From Shigella phage ESh24: a DNA stretch of 64,000 nt. Positions 18,169 through 28,404 of the stretch are shown here, piece by piece. Where the stretch lies: the sequence record ON528734; one strand, 5' to 3'. Both the position numbers and the translations under genes were made by a program. The notes beneath the pieces are model-generated. The model made no database searches. It worked only from the letters and a program-made list of their open reading frames with translations, and had not been told where the DNA came from. Numbering within the stretch: the stretch's first letter is position 1; each line of letters starts with the position of its first letter.

Positions 18169-18477
18169 GTGAAACAAAATAAGATTGAAGTCTATGGAAT
18201 TCCAGATGAAGTAGGTCGTTGTCCTGGATGTCAATCAGTTACAAAACTTCTAAAGGAGCTCAATGCTCCTTTTACTTTCTATAAAGTTCTTACAAATAAC
18301 GGTAAGATTGAGTATGATCGTCCGCTGATTGTATCTCTTGCTAAACGCGCTGGATTCACATCTCTTAACATTCGTTATCCAGTCATTTTCATTAATGATT
18401 CTAGACAAAAGAACATTAAACACTTCAAAGAAACTCTCATTTCACTTGGATATGATAGAGATATCATAGAAGACTAA
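18169..18477 (+). CDS. nrdH: glutaredoxin-like protein NrdH (GTG start)
   Basis: 102 aa; CPGC redox motif; position after nrdG. Confidence 0.75.
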   Translation: MKQNKIEVYGIPDEVGRCPGCQSVTKLLKELNAPFTFYKVLTNNGKIEYDRPLIVSLAKRAGFTSLNIRYPVIFINDSRQKNIKHFKETLISLGYDRDIIED

Positions 18478-18478
18478 G

Positions 18479-18503
18479 ACGGGCCCTCTGGGCCTTTCTT
18501 TCT
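18479..18503 (+). terminator. terminator-like GC hairpin with T-rich tail
   Basis: GGGCCC-TCTG-GGCC hairpin then TTTCTTTC. Confidence 0.55.
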
Positions 18504-18575
18504 TACATTCTGTATATTACCATTCTAAGCTATCGTTCCATTCTTATCATTCCCTAAAATAATTTTCACAAAGTT

Positions 18576-18607
18576 GTTTACAACAAGTTCAAACTGTGGT
18601 ATTATTA
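18576..18607 (+). promoter_or_regulatory. T4-type early promoter
   Basis: TTTTCACAAAGTTGTTTACA...TGGTATTAT. Confidence 0.7.
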
Positions 18608-18635
18608 ACACATGAATTGCCTTTGAGGAATTGAT

Positions 18636-18818
18636 ATGGTTGTGGTTGATAAAGAAATTAAAAAGGGACAGTATTATCTTATTAATGGTAATGCTGTTCG
18701 CGTTACTTACGTAAATGGTTATGATGTTTATTATCTTATACTTAAGTTACATAAACACATGATTTGTGACCGTGCTGTATTTAGTTCAGTTGCTAAGGAA
18801 ATTAAACTCCATGGGTAA
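18636..18818 (+). CDS. hypothetical protein (60 aa)
   Basis: ORF downstream of promoter. Confidence 0.45.
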   Translation: MVVVDKEIKKGQYYLINGNAVRVTYVNGYDVYYLILKLHKHMICDRAVFSSVAKEIKLHG

Positions 18819-19104
18819 AACGTATCGTCGTAAAGACTTAAAAGTGCGTGATTATGACTATTTCGGAAAGCGTAAAGCTCCTGACGGTGTTAGCCACAAA
18901 GACATGGTTGAAAACATTTTCCGCTCAGATAAATGGAAACGTATGAAAGGCGTTGATTCTGAAGTCAAGAACGAAATGAATCGACAACTCCGCAAAGAAG
19001 TTCGTAAGTTGAAAAAAGATGTTTACAGTAAAGAAGAGTATGATTATAATACTTCTCATACTGAAGCCAAACGTAAAGCTAACGAATGTTATCGTTACAG
19101 TTGA
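18811..19104 (+). CDS. hypothetical highly basic protein (97 aa)
   Basis: Lys/Arg-rich throughout; possible nucleic-acid binder. Confidence 0.5.
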   Translation: MGKTYRRKDLKVRDYDYFGKRKAPDGVSHKDMVENIFRSDKWKRMKGVDSEVKNEMNRQLRKEVRKLKKDVYSKEEYDYNTSHTEAKRKANECYRYS

Positions 19105-19243
19105 GGAAAATATGAATATCAAACGCTGGCTTTTTAAGCAAGGGTTCTACACTTTAAATTCTGCTCCAAAAGGCGATACAACTAAGTGGTCAGTAAATGA
19201 CTGGATTAAATTCATTGATGAAAATGGTAATTGGAAAATTTAA

Positions 19244-19444
19244 ATGAATCCTGAATCTAAATTATCGCAACGAATTGCTGAAGCTCGTCGCCAGTTCTTT
19301 GAAAATATGATAGCCCAAGGTATTGATGACGAAGTTTTTCTAAACTGGTTTTGGAATCACAAATATTCAAGTTGCTCAGGAGCAATATTAATATCAGCCG
19401 CAATGATGTACGAAGGCTGGAAGGGTGCCAAACAGTTTAGCTAA
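19244..19444 (+). CDS. hypothetical protein (66 aa)
   Basis: ORF followed by terminator. Confidence 0.5.
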   Translation: MNPESKLSQRIAEARRQFFENMIAQGIDDEVFLNWFWNHKYSSCSGAILISAAMMYEGWKGAKQFS

Positions 19445-19462
19445 GGGCTTCGGCCCTTTTTG
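19444..19462 (+). terminator. rho-independent terminator (GGGC-UUCG-GCCC + T5)
   Basis: UUCG tetraloop hairpin and T run. Confidence 0.8.
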
Positions 19463-19496
19463 GATAATAAAATTTTAATGCAATTGAGGATAATGT

Positions 19497-19823
19497 ATGA
19501 CTATTCAAATTAAAAACGCCATCAATTCTTACGCATATGATAAAGTAGTTTCTTTGCTAGAAAAAGGCGATATTGTAACTCCTCAAATTTTGGATAAATG
19601 GGAAAAAGAGCTTCATCAGACGATGAAACAGAATGATCAGAAGATTGGACGCAATACTGTCCGTGAATTGTTGGTTCAATATATCTTGTCAGAATTTGAT
19701 GTTAAAGCTTTTGGTGTAGAATCTAAAGCTTATCAAAAGCATGAAATTTCCGATAAGACTATTCGTCGCATGAAAAATCAACGCAAGAAAAAATTTGCAG
19801 ACCTGAAAATTACTAAGGTATAA
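19497..19823 (+). CDS. hypothetical protein (108 aa)
   Basis: GAGGA RBS; basic C-terminus. Confidence 0.5.
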   Translation: MTIQIKNAINSYAYDKVVSLLEKGDIVTPQILDKWEKELHQTMKQNDQKIGRNTVRELLVQYILSEFDVKAFGVESKAYQKHEISDKTIRRMKNQRKKKFADLKITKV

Positions 19824-19825
19824 TT

Positions 19826-20041
19826 ATGAACGAAGCTCTTATTAACGATTTACGTCTTGCCGGATATGAAGTAAATACAAACGGCAATGGTTTAACTCAA
19901 ATTGAAGGAAATGGATTCATCCTTGAGTATGAATTTAGCCAATGGTGGTTATATGCTAATTACGGCGAATTAATTAAATATGTTGACCAATTTGATTCAC
20001 TAGATGCAGCTCTTGGAGCGGCTAAGCTAATGAATGCTTGA
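19826..20041 (+). CDS. hypothetical protein (71 aa)
   Basis: ORF. Confidence 0.5.
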   Translation: MNEALINDLRLAGYEVNTNGNGLTQIEGNGFILEYEFSQWWLYANYGELIKYVDQFDSLDAALGAAKLMNA

Positions 20042-20123
20042 AATTGATTCATCCTCTATGCTTTAAGATAGATCTTCAAATATTATGATATAATAGATCT
20101 ATGAATTGAGCTAAGAGGTGAAA

Positions 20124-20681
20124 ATGTCAGAAACTAAGCCTAAATATAATTACGTAAACAATAAAGAGCTTTTACAAGCTATTATTGATTGGAAAACAGA
20201 ATTAGCAAATAATAAAGACCCAAATAAAGTAGTTCGTCAGAATGATACTATCGGATTAGCCATTATGCTTATTGCAGAAGGCTTATCTAAACGTTTCAAC
20301 TTTTCAGGATACACCCAGTCTTGGAAACAAGAAATGATTGCAGATGGTATAGAAGCTTCTATTAAGGGGCTTCATAATTTTGATGAAACGAAATATAAAA
20401 ACCCACATGCATATATAACTCAAGCTTGTTTTAATGCATTCGTCCAGCGTATTAAAAAAGAACGTAAGGAAGTTGCAAAGAAATATAGTTACTTCGTTCA
20501 CAATGTCTATGACAGTCGTGACGACGATATGGTTGCGTTAGTAGATGAAACTTTTATTCAAGACATCTATGATAAAATGACGCATTACGAAGAATCAACC
20601 TATAGAACACCGGGGGCTGAAAAGAAAAGTGTTGTAGACGATTCTCCTAGTTTGGATTTTTTATATGAGGCTAACGATTAA
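20124..20681 (+). CDS. 55: late-transcription sigma factor gp55
   Basis: 185 aa starting [20 protein letters not shown]; matches T4 gp55. Confidence 0.92.
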
Positions 20682-20883
20682 CCTCTCCGGATTCTTGGAA
20701 GAAATACCTGAAGTTGAAGCTATTCCCTATTTACTTAAAATGTATCTCAGGGAAGTTTTAGCTCTTGACATTGATATTGATCCAGAAAATCCGTATGATA
20801 CCGCTTTTAAATCTAATGGTGTAGAATTAAACTATCGGTATCATTTAACAGATGATGATTTTTATTTTATATTAGAGAAATAA
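20665..20883 (+). CDS. hypothetical protein (72 aa)
   Basis: ORF overlapping 55 end. Confidence 0.5.
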
Positions 20884-20884
20884 T

Positions 20885-21202
20885 ATGACTGATAAACCCG
20901 AAATTAATGATGAAGTGGAAAAGCTTATTTCTTCTATTGAAGAAAAGAACCGTCTTGAAGCAGAAAGAAAAGCAAATAAGTTATTGTCTAAAAACAAACG
21001 CGAACTGAATCGTCTTTATAAGCACGCTCAGATCGCAGCTGAAAATAATAATTTTGCTCAATACGAATATGCTATCAAGAAAAGTCGGGATATTCTAAAA
21101 CAGCCATATAACGATGAACTCATCAGTATTCTTTGGAAGACTACTAGATCGCAAATTGAGGATATGATTGATGCTTACACACGTAAAATTCAAGCGTCTT
21201 AA
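20885..21202 (+). CDS. hypothetical protein (105 aa)
   Basis: Helical, charged. Confidence 0.5.
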   Translation: MTDKPEINDEVEKLISSIEEKNRLEAERKANKLLSKNKRELNRLYKHAQIAAENNNFAQYEYAIKKSRDILKQPYNDELISILWKTTRSQIEDMIDAYTRKIQAS

Positions 21203-21374
21203 AATTAATGCAGGATTTACTGAATCTTTGAATGGTCATCTTTGTGTGAAAATTTCTGAAAAAGAATACCATGATAGTTCAATTAAAGAAGTTAATCCTC
21301 CTATTGTAAGAGCAGACCCTAATATGAAAGTGTGGGTTGATTCCTATCAAGTCAAAAAATGGTGGCAACTGTGA
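21168..21374 (+). CDS. hypothetical protein (68 aa)
   Basis: ORF; overlap with upstream gene makes start uncertain. Confidence 0.4.
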   Translation: MMLTHVKFKRLKINAGFTESLNGHLCVKISEKEYHDSSIKEVNPPIVRADPNMKVWVDSYQVKKWWQL

Positions 21375-21377
21375 AAG

Positions 21378-21551
21378 ATGAACGCCCAGACTTGTGAAAT
21401 AGATTATAATAAAATTCGTTCCTCTAAAGTAGAAATGATGAGACGCTTTAAAGAGTCTCATGATAAAGCTAAAGCAGAAGGAACTATAAAATATAAGCGC
21501 ATAAAATTTAAAAGTTCTAACGAGCCTCTGTATGGCGTATTATGCGGATAG
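21378..21551 (+). CDS. hypothetical protein (57 aa)
   Basis: ORF ending at hairpin. Confidence 0.4.
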   Translation: MNAQTCEIDYNKIRSSKVEMMRRFKESHDKAKAEGTIKYKRIKFKSSNEPLYGVLCG

Positions 21552-21570
21552 GAGCTTCGGCTCCTATATT
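21549..21570 (+). terminator. RNA hairpin / terminator (GGAGC-UUCG-GCTCC)
   Basis: UUCG tetraloop hairpin; weak T tract. Confidence 0.55.
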
Positions 21571-21617
21571 GCTTTATAAATTTTTGGTAAAATAAACCAA
21601 AACAAAGAGGATATTAA

Positions 21618-22820
21618 ATGAAAGTATGTATTTTTATGGCTCGAGGTCTTGAAGGTTGTGGTGTAACAAAATTCTCACTCGAGCAACGTGATTGGTTTAT
21701 TAAAAATGGTCATGAAGTAACTTTGGTTTATGCTAAAGATAAATCATTTACTCGTAATTGTGCGCATGATTATAAGTCATTTTCAATTCCGGTTTTATTG
21801 GCAAAAGAATATGATAAAACACTTAAGCTGGTAAATGATTGTGATATTCTAATTATCAATTCAGTTCCTGCTACTTCGGTTGAAGAAGACACTATTAATA
21901 ACTATAAAAAAATTATTGATAACATTAAACCTTCTGTTCGTGTTGTAGTTTATCAGCATGACCATTCTTCTCTTTCTTTGCGCCGAAATTTGGGATTAGA
22001 AGAAACTGTTCGTCGAGCTGATGTTATTTTTAGCCATTCTGATAATGGTGATTTTAATAAAGTTCTGATGAAAGAATGGTATCCAGAAACTGTTTCTCTG
22101 TTTGATGATATTGAAGAAGCACCGACCGTATACAACTTTCAGCCTCCGATGGATATTGCTAAGGTTCGGTCAACCTACTGGAAAGATGTTTCTGAAATTA
22201 ACATGAATATTAACCGTTGGATTGGTCGTACGACTACATGGAAAGGTTTTTATCAGATGTTTGATTTTCACGAAAAACATCTTAAACCTGCAGGACTAAG
22301 TACTATTATGGAAGGTCTGGAACGTTCTCCAGCGTTCATTCCTATTAAAGAAAAAGGAATTCCATACGAGTATTATCGTCTTCATCAAGTAGACCAAATT
22401 AAAATTGCTCCTAATTTGCCAACGCAAATTCTTGACCGTTATGTAAATAGCGAAATGCTTGAACGCATGAGTAAATCCGGTTTTGGTTATCAGCTGAGTA
22501 AATTAGATAAAAAATATCTACAACGTTCTTTAGAATATACTCATCTCGAGCTTGGTGCATGTGGAACAATTCCGGTATTTTGGAAATCTACTGGCGAAAA
22601 TTTAAAATTCCGTGTTGATAATACTCCTTTGACCTCGCATGATAGCGGTATCATTTGGTTTGATGAAAATGACATGGAATCAACATTTGAACGTATTAAA
22701 GAACTGTCATCTGACCGAACTCTTTATGACCGCGAACGCGAAAAAGCTTATGAATTTTTGTATCAGCATCAAGATTCAAGCTTCTGCTTTAAAGAACAGT
22801 TTGACATTATTACAAAATAA
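21618..22820 (+). CDS. a-gt: DNA alpha-glucosyltransferase
   Basis: 400 aa; position between 55 and 47; matches T4 AGT N-terminus MKVCIFMARGLEGCGVTKFSLEQ. Confidence 0.9.
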   Translation: MKVCIFMARGLEGCGVTKFSLEQRDWFIKNGHEVTLVYAKDKSFTRNCAHDYKSFSIPVLLAKEYDKTLKLVNDCDILIINSVPATSVEEDTINNYKKIIDNIKPSVRVVVYQHDHSSLSLRRNLGLEETVRRADVIFSHSDNGDFNKVLMKEWYPETVSLFDDIEEAPTVYNFQPPMDIAKVRSTYWKDVSEINMNINRWIGRTTTWKGFYQMFDFHEKHLKPAGLSTIMEGLERSPAFIPIKEKGIPYEYYRLHQVDQIKIAPNLPTQILDRYVNSEMLERMSKSGFGYQLSKLDKKYLQRSLEYTHLELGACGTIPVFWKSTGENLKFRVDNTPLTSHDSGIIWFDENDMESTFERIKELSSDRTLYDREREKAYEFLYQHQDSSFCFKEQFDIITK

Positions 22821-22844
22821 AGGGCTTCGGCCCTTTAGCTTTAT
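22821..22844 (+). terminator. RNA hairpin / terminator (AGGGC-UUCG-GCCCT)
   Basis: UUCG tetraloop hairpin, T-rich tail. Confidence 0.65.
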
Positions 22845-22859
22845 ACGGAGTTTGATATA

Positions 22860-23000
22860 ATGATATTTCTTGGATATGTGGTACTTTTTCTTGCATTTTA
22901 TCTATTCACTAGAGCATGTTGGATTGGATTCTTTAGCACACCAGATGGGTTTATTTCAATAATTTTATTTTGCATTTCAATGACGGTTCTTGATATATGA
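22860..23000 (+). CDS. small hydrophobic protein (46 aa)
   Basis: ATGA overlap with gene 47. Confidence 0.4.
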   Translation: MIFLGYVVLFLAFYLFTRACWIGFFSTPDGFISIILFCISMTVLDI

Positions 23001-24016
23001 AAATTTTAAATTTAGGTGATTGGCATTTAGGCGTTAAAGCTGATGATGAGTGGATTCGCGGTATTCAAATTGATGGAATTAAGCAAGCGATAGAATATTC
23101 TAAGAAAAATGGAATTACGGTATGGATTCAATACGGTGATATTTTTGATGTGCGAAAAGCGATCACGCATAAAACTATGGAGTTTGCCCGTGAAATAGTT
23201 CAAATGCTTGATGGTGCTGGAATCACATTACATACTATTGTAGGAAATCACGATCTCCACTACAAAAATGTAATGCATCCAAATGCCTCTACTGAGCTTT
23301 TGGCTAAATATCCTAATGTTAAAGTATATGATAAGCCTACTACAGTAGATTTTGACGGATGTTTGATTGATTTAATTCCTTGGATGTGTGAAGAAAATAC
23401 TGGTGAAATTCTTGAACACATCAAAACTTCATCTGCTTCTTTTTGTGTTGGTCACTGGGAGCTGAATGGATTTTATTTTTATAAAGGAATGAAATCTCAC
23501 GGTCTTGAACCTGATTTCCTTAAGACTTATAAAGAAGTGTGGTCTGGTCACTTCCATACTATCTCTGAGGCTGCTAACGTCAGATATATTGGGACACCAT
23601 GGACACTAACTGCAGGTGACGAGAATGACCCTCGTGGGTTCTGGATGTTTGATACAGAAACAGAACGAATGGAATTTATTCCAAACAATACTACCTGGCA
23701 TCGTAGAATTCATTATCCATTTAAAGGAAAAATTGACTATAAAGATTTTACAAATCTATCAGTACGTGTTATAGTAACTGAAGTAGACAAAAATCTGACG
23801 AAGTTCGAATCTGAACTAGAAAAAGTTGTGCATTCATTACGAGTTGTGTCAAAAATTGATAACTCTGTCGAGTCAGATGAAAGTGAAGAAGTTGAAGTTC
23901 AATCTCTTCAGACGTTGATGGAAGAATACATCAATGCAATTCCAGACATCACTGATTCTGACCGTGAAGCACTTATTCAATATGCAAATCAGCTATATGT
24001 AGAGGCAACACAATGA
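22997..24016 (+). CDS. 47: recombination nuclease subunit gp47 (Mre11-like)
   Basis: 339 aa; phosphoesterase motifs LGDWHLG and GNHD. Confidence 0.93.
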   Translation: MKILNLGDWHLGVKADDEWIRGIQIDGIKQAIEYSKKNGITVWIQYGDIFDVRKAITHKTMEFAREIVQMLDGAGITLHTIVGNHDLHYKNVMHPNASTELLAKYPNVKVYDKPTTVDFDGCLIDLIPWMCEENTGEILEHIKTSSASFCVGHWELNGFYFYKGMKSHGLEPDFLKTYKEVWSGHFHTISEAANVRYIGTPWTLTAGDENDPRGFWMFDTETERMEFIPNNTTWHRRIHYPFKGKIDYKDFTNLSVRVIVTEVDKNLTKFESELEKVVHSLRVVSKIDNSVESDESEEVEVQSLQTLMEEYINAIPDITDSDREALIQYANQLYVEATQ

Positions 24017-24276
24017 CTTTTGATGAATTTAAAAATGTTATGATGAGTCAGCATTTTGAATGCGAAGTAAAAGATGATATTGGTCATAAAGAAATTATTG
24101 AATATTGGTTTGAACCGCTAGAGGTTGAAGATAATTGTATTAAAAAGGTTACAGTCTGCACTGACTGGGCTGTATCTTTTAACTTCAACATTTTAGATAA
24201 TGACACACCTAAATCATTACGAGATATGGCTGTATCTTGTATTAAGGATGCATACTGTGAAGTTTTCGACATTTGA
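24013..24276 (+). CDS. hypothetical protein (87 aa)
   Basis: ATGA overlap with 47. Confidence 0.5.
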   Translation: MTFDEFKNVMMSQHFECEVKDDIGHKEIIEYWFEPLEVEDNCIKKVTVCTDWAVSFNFNILDNDTPKSLRDMAVSCIKDAYCEVFDI

Positions 24277-24463
24277 CGTTAACGATGAATTCATAGCAAA
24301 TATTGATTATACCGAAGAAGATTCTAGATATGTTGGAATAATTTATATTACATCAAAAACAGCACAAGGTGTTGTTTGCATGGCTGAATTTGATGAATAC
24401 TTTTTAGATTATGATGATATGATAGAATGGTCTAAAAGATACATTAAAAGGAATCTTTTGTGA
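24200..24463 (+). CDS. hypothetical protein (start uncertain; overlaps upstream ORF by 77 nt)
   Basis: ORF ending at 46 start. Confidence 0.4.
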   Translation: MTHLNHYEIWLYLVLRMHTVKFSTFDVNDEFIANIDYTEEDSRYVGIIYITSKTAQGVVCMAEFDEYFLDYDDMIEWSKRYIKRNLL

Positions 24464-26142
24464 AGAATTTTAAACTAAACCGAGTTAGGTATCAAAATAT
24501 AATGTCAGTAGGTGGAAATCCTATTGACATTCAATTAGATAAGGTTCAAAAAACTCTTATTACTGGACGAAATGGCGGTGGTAAGTCTACTATGTTAGAA
24601 GCCATCACATTTGGGCTTTTTGGCAAGCCATTTCGTGATGTAAAGAAAGGTCAATTAATAAACAGCACAAATAAGAAAGAACTTTTAGTTGAACTGTGGA
24701 TGGAATATGATGAGAAAAAGTACTATATCAAAAGAGGACAAAAACCAAACGTTTTCGAAATCACCGTTAACGGTACACGTCTTAATGAATCTGCCAGCAG
24801 TAAAGATTTCCAAGCAGAATTTGAACAGCTTATCGGAATGTCATATGCCAGTTTCAAGCAGATTGTTGTCCTTGGTACAGCAGGGTATACCCCTTTCATG
24901 GGTTTGTCGACCCCTGCACGAAGAAAGCTTGTGGAAGACCTGCTTGAGGTAGGAACATTAGCTGAAATGGATAAGCTTAATAAAGCACTAATACGTGAAT
25001 TAAATTCACAAAACCAAGTGCTTGATGTTAAAAAAGATAGTATTATCCAACAAATTAAAATATATAATGATAATGTTGAACGTCAGAAAAAATTAACGGG
25101 TGACAACCTTACTCGTCTTCAAAATATGTATGATGATTTGGCAAAAGAAGCTAGAACGCTAAAATCGGAAATAGAAGAAGCTAATGAAAGATTAGTTAAT
25201 ATTGTTTTGGATGAAGACCCGACTGATGCATTTAATAAAATCGGTCAAGAAGCATTTTTAATTAAATCAAAAATTGACTCGTATAATAAAGTCATTAACA
25301 TGTATCACGAAGGTGGATTATGTCCAACCTGCTTGTCACAATTAAGTTCCGGTGATAAAGTTGTTTCTAAAATTAAAGATAAAGTTTCTGAATGTACGCA
25401 TTCATTTGAACAGCTTTCAACACACCGTGATAATTTAAAAGTTCTTGTTGACGAATACCGAGATAATATTAAAACCCAGCAGTCGTTGGCAAATGATATT
25501 CGCAATAAAAAGCAATCTCTAATCACGACGGTAGATAAAGCTAAAAAAGTTAAAGCAGCTATAGAAAAAGCATCTTCTGAGTTTATTGACCATGCTGATG
25601 AAATAGCACTGCTTCAAGAAGAACTTGATAAAATTGTTAAGACAAAAACTAATTTAGTAATGGAAAAATACCACCGAGGAATTTTGACTGATATGCTCAA
25701 AGATTCTGGTATTAAAGGTGCTATTATTAAAAAGTACATTCCATTATTTAATAAGCAGATTAACCATTATCTTAAAATAATGGAAGCGGATTATGTGTTT
25801 ACATTAGATGAAGAATTTAATGAGACAATTAAATCCCGTGGTCGTGAAGATTTTAGTTATGCTTCATTTAGTGAAGGCGAAAAAGCGCGAATTGATATTG
25901 CTCTTTTATTTACTTGGCGTGATATTGCTTCTATTGTATCTGGTGTTAGTATTAGTACATTAATACTCGATGAAGTGTTTGATGGGTCATTTGATGCCGA
26001 AGGTATTAAAGGTGTAGCTAATATTATAAATTCAATGAAAAACACTAATGTTTTTATAATTTCGCATAAAGACCATGACCCGCAAGAATATGGTCAGCAT
26101 CTTCAAATGAAGAAAGTTGGTCGATTTACTGTAATGGTTTAA
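24460..26142 (+). CDS. 46: recombination ATPase subunit gp46 (Rad50/SbcC-like)
   Basis: 560 aa; Walker A GRNGGGKST, CPTC zinc hook in coiled coil, Walker B LILDEVFDG. Confidence 0.93.
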   Translation: MKNFKLNRVRYQNIMSVGGNPIDIQLDKVQKTLITGRNGGGKSTMLEAITFGLFGKPFRDVKKGQLINSTNKKELLVELWMEYDEKKYYIKRGQKPNVFEITVNGTRLNESASSKDFQAEFEQLIGMSYASFKQIVVLGTAGYTPFMGLSTPARRKLVEDLLEVGTLAEMDKLNKALIRELNSQNQVLDVKKDSIIQQIKIYNDNVERQKKLTGDNLTRLQNMYDDLAKEARTLKSEIEEANERLVNIVLDEDPTDAFNKIGQEAFLIKSKIDSYNKVINMYHEGGLCPTCLSQLSSGDKVVSKIKDKVSECTHSFEQLSTHRDNLKVLVDEYRDNIKTQQSLANDIRNKKQSLITTVDKAKKVKAAIEKASSEFIDHADEIALLQEELDKIVKTKTNLVMEKYHRGILTDMLKDSGIKGAIIKKYIPLFNKQINHYLKIMEADYVFTLDEEFNETIKSRGREDFSYASFSEGEKARIDIALLFTWRDIASIVSGVSISTLILDEVFDGSFDAEGIKGVANIINSMKNTNVFIISHKDHDPQEYGQHLQMKKVGRFTVMV

Positions 26143-26197
26143 TTTATAAGAGATTATGCTTTAATTTATTAGAGTATAATCTCTGTGGAGGAAAAAC

Positions 26198-26386
26198 ATG
26201 GAATATTCAACTGGACAGCATCTATTAACTTTTCCTGAAATAAAACGATATATTCTGAGAAATAATTTTTCTAATGAAGAGCATATAGTTACTGAATCTA
26301 TGCTTAGGAATGCATTTAAAGCAGAATATACAAAAATAATGTCCAATAGAAATGAAGCTTGGACTGTTACTGATTATTATGACTAA
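26198..26386 (+). CDS. hypothetical protein (62 aa)
   Basis: GGAGG RBS. Confidence 0.5.
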   Translation: MEYSTGQHLLTFPEIKRYILRNNFSNEEHIVTESMLRNAFKAEYTKIMSNRNEAWTVTDYYD

Positions 26387-26395
26387 AGGTGTATT

Positions 26396-26785
26396 ATGAC
26401 TAAAATTACCGTGAATTATACTGTTGATGTAAAAGATATTCAGCCAAAACACGTGCGTTCTGAATCAAATCCACAAAACCAAAATAAAATTCGTCGAGCA
26501 TGGGTTTTGTCTCTTTCTGATAACGCAATGGAAGTTATTCAGAACAAAATTAAATCTGCACCTGCTCGTCATGCGTATTATGAAGCTATCGATCGTGAAG
26601 TAAGTAATAAATGGATTGAACTAATGCGCAAACATACTACAGAATCCCTAAACGCTGGTGCTAAATTTATTATGACTTCATGCGGTGAACGTCTTGAAGA
26701 TGATTATTGCGGTAATGCAGATGAACGTCTAATTGTTGCTGCTCAAATTGTTGCGGAAACAATTGTGGCCGAGTTTAATAAATGA
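26396..26785 (+). CDS. rpbA: RNA polymerase binding protein RpbA
   Basis: 129 aa; position between 46 and 45. Confidence 0.8.
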   Translation: MTKITVNYTVDVKDIQPKHVRSESNPQNQNKIRRAWVLSLSDNAMEVIQNKIKSAPARHAYYEAIDREVSNKWIELMRKHTTESLNAGAKFIMTSCGERLEDDYCGNADERLIVAAQIVAETIVAEFNK

Positions 26786-27670
26786 ATTTAGTATATCTTA
26801 TTAGCTTTCCAGAGCGGGAAGCTAAAAATATTTTTCCGTGTTATTATATAGGTTCAAAAATTAACGCAATTTTCGATGGAACAAATATAATTGATTCAGC
26901 TGGAAAGATTTATACTGGAAGCGTGTCATCGAGTTATAGTGATGAATATTTTGAGCTTATTAAAACCACTAAATATACCGTCAAAATTTTAGCTGAAACT
27001 ATATTAGATCCAAGAAAATTGGAAAGATTTTTTTCAATTAAAAGTTAAAGCAAAAAGCAATATAAAATATTTTAATAAAGCATACGCAGATGAAAATACT
27101 TTAATTGGCGCTAAAGGATATGGAACATATAAAAATGTTTTAACTGGAAAAATTGTAAAGCTTTCGCAATCTGAAATTACGCCCGATTATGTTGGTATTC
27201 GTAAAGGTTACAAACATAGTTCTGACGTAAAATATAAAATATCTAATTCAATGAAGAATCACTGGACCGATGAGAAAAAGCTTAAACTTTCAAATAAGAT
27301 GAAATTGAAATATCTTGATTGTAGTTATGCTAAAAAGTTTAGTGATATAATGAATTCAGAAAGTGTAAGATCAAAAATTTCTAAATCTCAAAAAGAGTTA
27401 TGGAATAATGCTGAAAGAAGACAGAGAGCTTCAATTCAAGCAACTGTTAGAAATAATTTACCGGAATTCAAATCAAAATTTAGAAAATCTAAAGCTAGAG
27501 GAACTTGGATTGAACATGAAGATGAATTAAAAACTTTATGGCATGCTTACGGAAAACCGAGTTATAATAAATTTCGTAAAATTGCAGTAGCTAATGGGTT
27601 TAACGACGAATCTTATCAGGGTGCTGTACGGTCCTGGTCTAACTATTATGTAAATAGGAAATTGAAATGA
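26782..27670 (+). pseudogene. seg-like GIY-YIG homing endonuclease gene split by a +1 frame change (parts 26782-27048 and 27008-27670)
   Basis: N part VYLIS...YYIGS (GIY-YIG-like); downstream frame has three NUMOD3-like repeats (GYKHSSDVKYKIS, TDEKKLKLSNKMK, SESVRSKISKSQKELW); frames meet at T7 run 27028-27034. Confidence 0.5.
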
Positions 27671-28353
27671 AATTATCTAAAGACACACTGAATATTTTGA
27701 AAAATTTCGCTACTATTAACTCCGGTATTATGCTTAAATCTGGTCAATTTATTATGACTCGCGCAGTTAATGGTACAACTTATGCGGAAGCAAATATTTC
27801 TGACGTTATTGATTTTGATGTAGCAATTTACGATTTGAACGGTTTTCTCGGTATTCTGTCTTTAGTTAATGATGATGCAGAAATTTCCCAGTCAGAAGAT
27901 GGAAATATTAAAATTGCTGATGCCCGCTCAACAATTTTTTGGCCAGCAGCCGATCCGAGTACAGTAGTTGCTCCTAATAAACCAATTCCATTCCCGGTAG
28001 CATCTGTTGTTACTGAAATTAAAGCTGAAGACCTTCAACAGCTGTTGCGTGTATCTCGTGGTCTGCAGATTGATACAATTGCTATCACGGTAAAAGAAGG
28101 TAAAATCGTAATTAACGGTTTTAATAAAGTAGAAGATTCTGCTCTGACCCGCGTTAAATATTCTTTGACTCTTGGTGATTATGATGGTGAAAATACATTT
28201 AATTTCATTATCAATATGGCAAATATGAAAATGCAACCAGGAAATTATAAACTTCTGCTCTGGGCAAAAGGTAAACAAGGTGCTGCTAAATTTGAAGGTG
28301 AACACGCGAATTATGTAGTAGCTCTTGAAGCTGATTCTACCCACGATTTTTAA
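27667..28353 (+). CDS. 45: sliding clamp gp45
   Basis: 228 aa; matches T4 gp45 (MKLSKDTLNILKNFATINSGIML...). Confidence 0.95.
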   Translation: MKLSKDTLNILKNFATINSGIMLKSGQFIMTRAVNGTTYAEANISDVIDFDVAIYDLNGFLGILSLVNDDAEISQSEDGNIKIADARSTIFWPAADPSTVVAPNKPIPFPVASVVTEIKAEDLQQLLRVSRGLQIDTIAITVKEGKIVINGFNKVEDSALTRVKYSLTLGDYDGENTFNFIINMANMKMQPGNYKLLLWAKGKQGAAKFEGEHANYVVALEADSTHDF

Positions 28354-28355
28354 TA

Positions 28356-28376
28356 GAGGGCTTCGGCCCTTTATAA
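28356..28376 (+). terminator. RNA hairpin / terminator (AGGGC-UUCG-GCCCT)
   Basis: UUCG tetraloop hairpin. Confidence 0.65.
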
Positions 28377-28404
28377 TTTACACTAAAACTTGAATGAGGA
28401 AATT

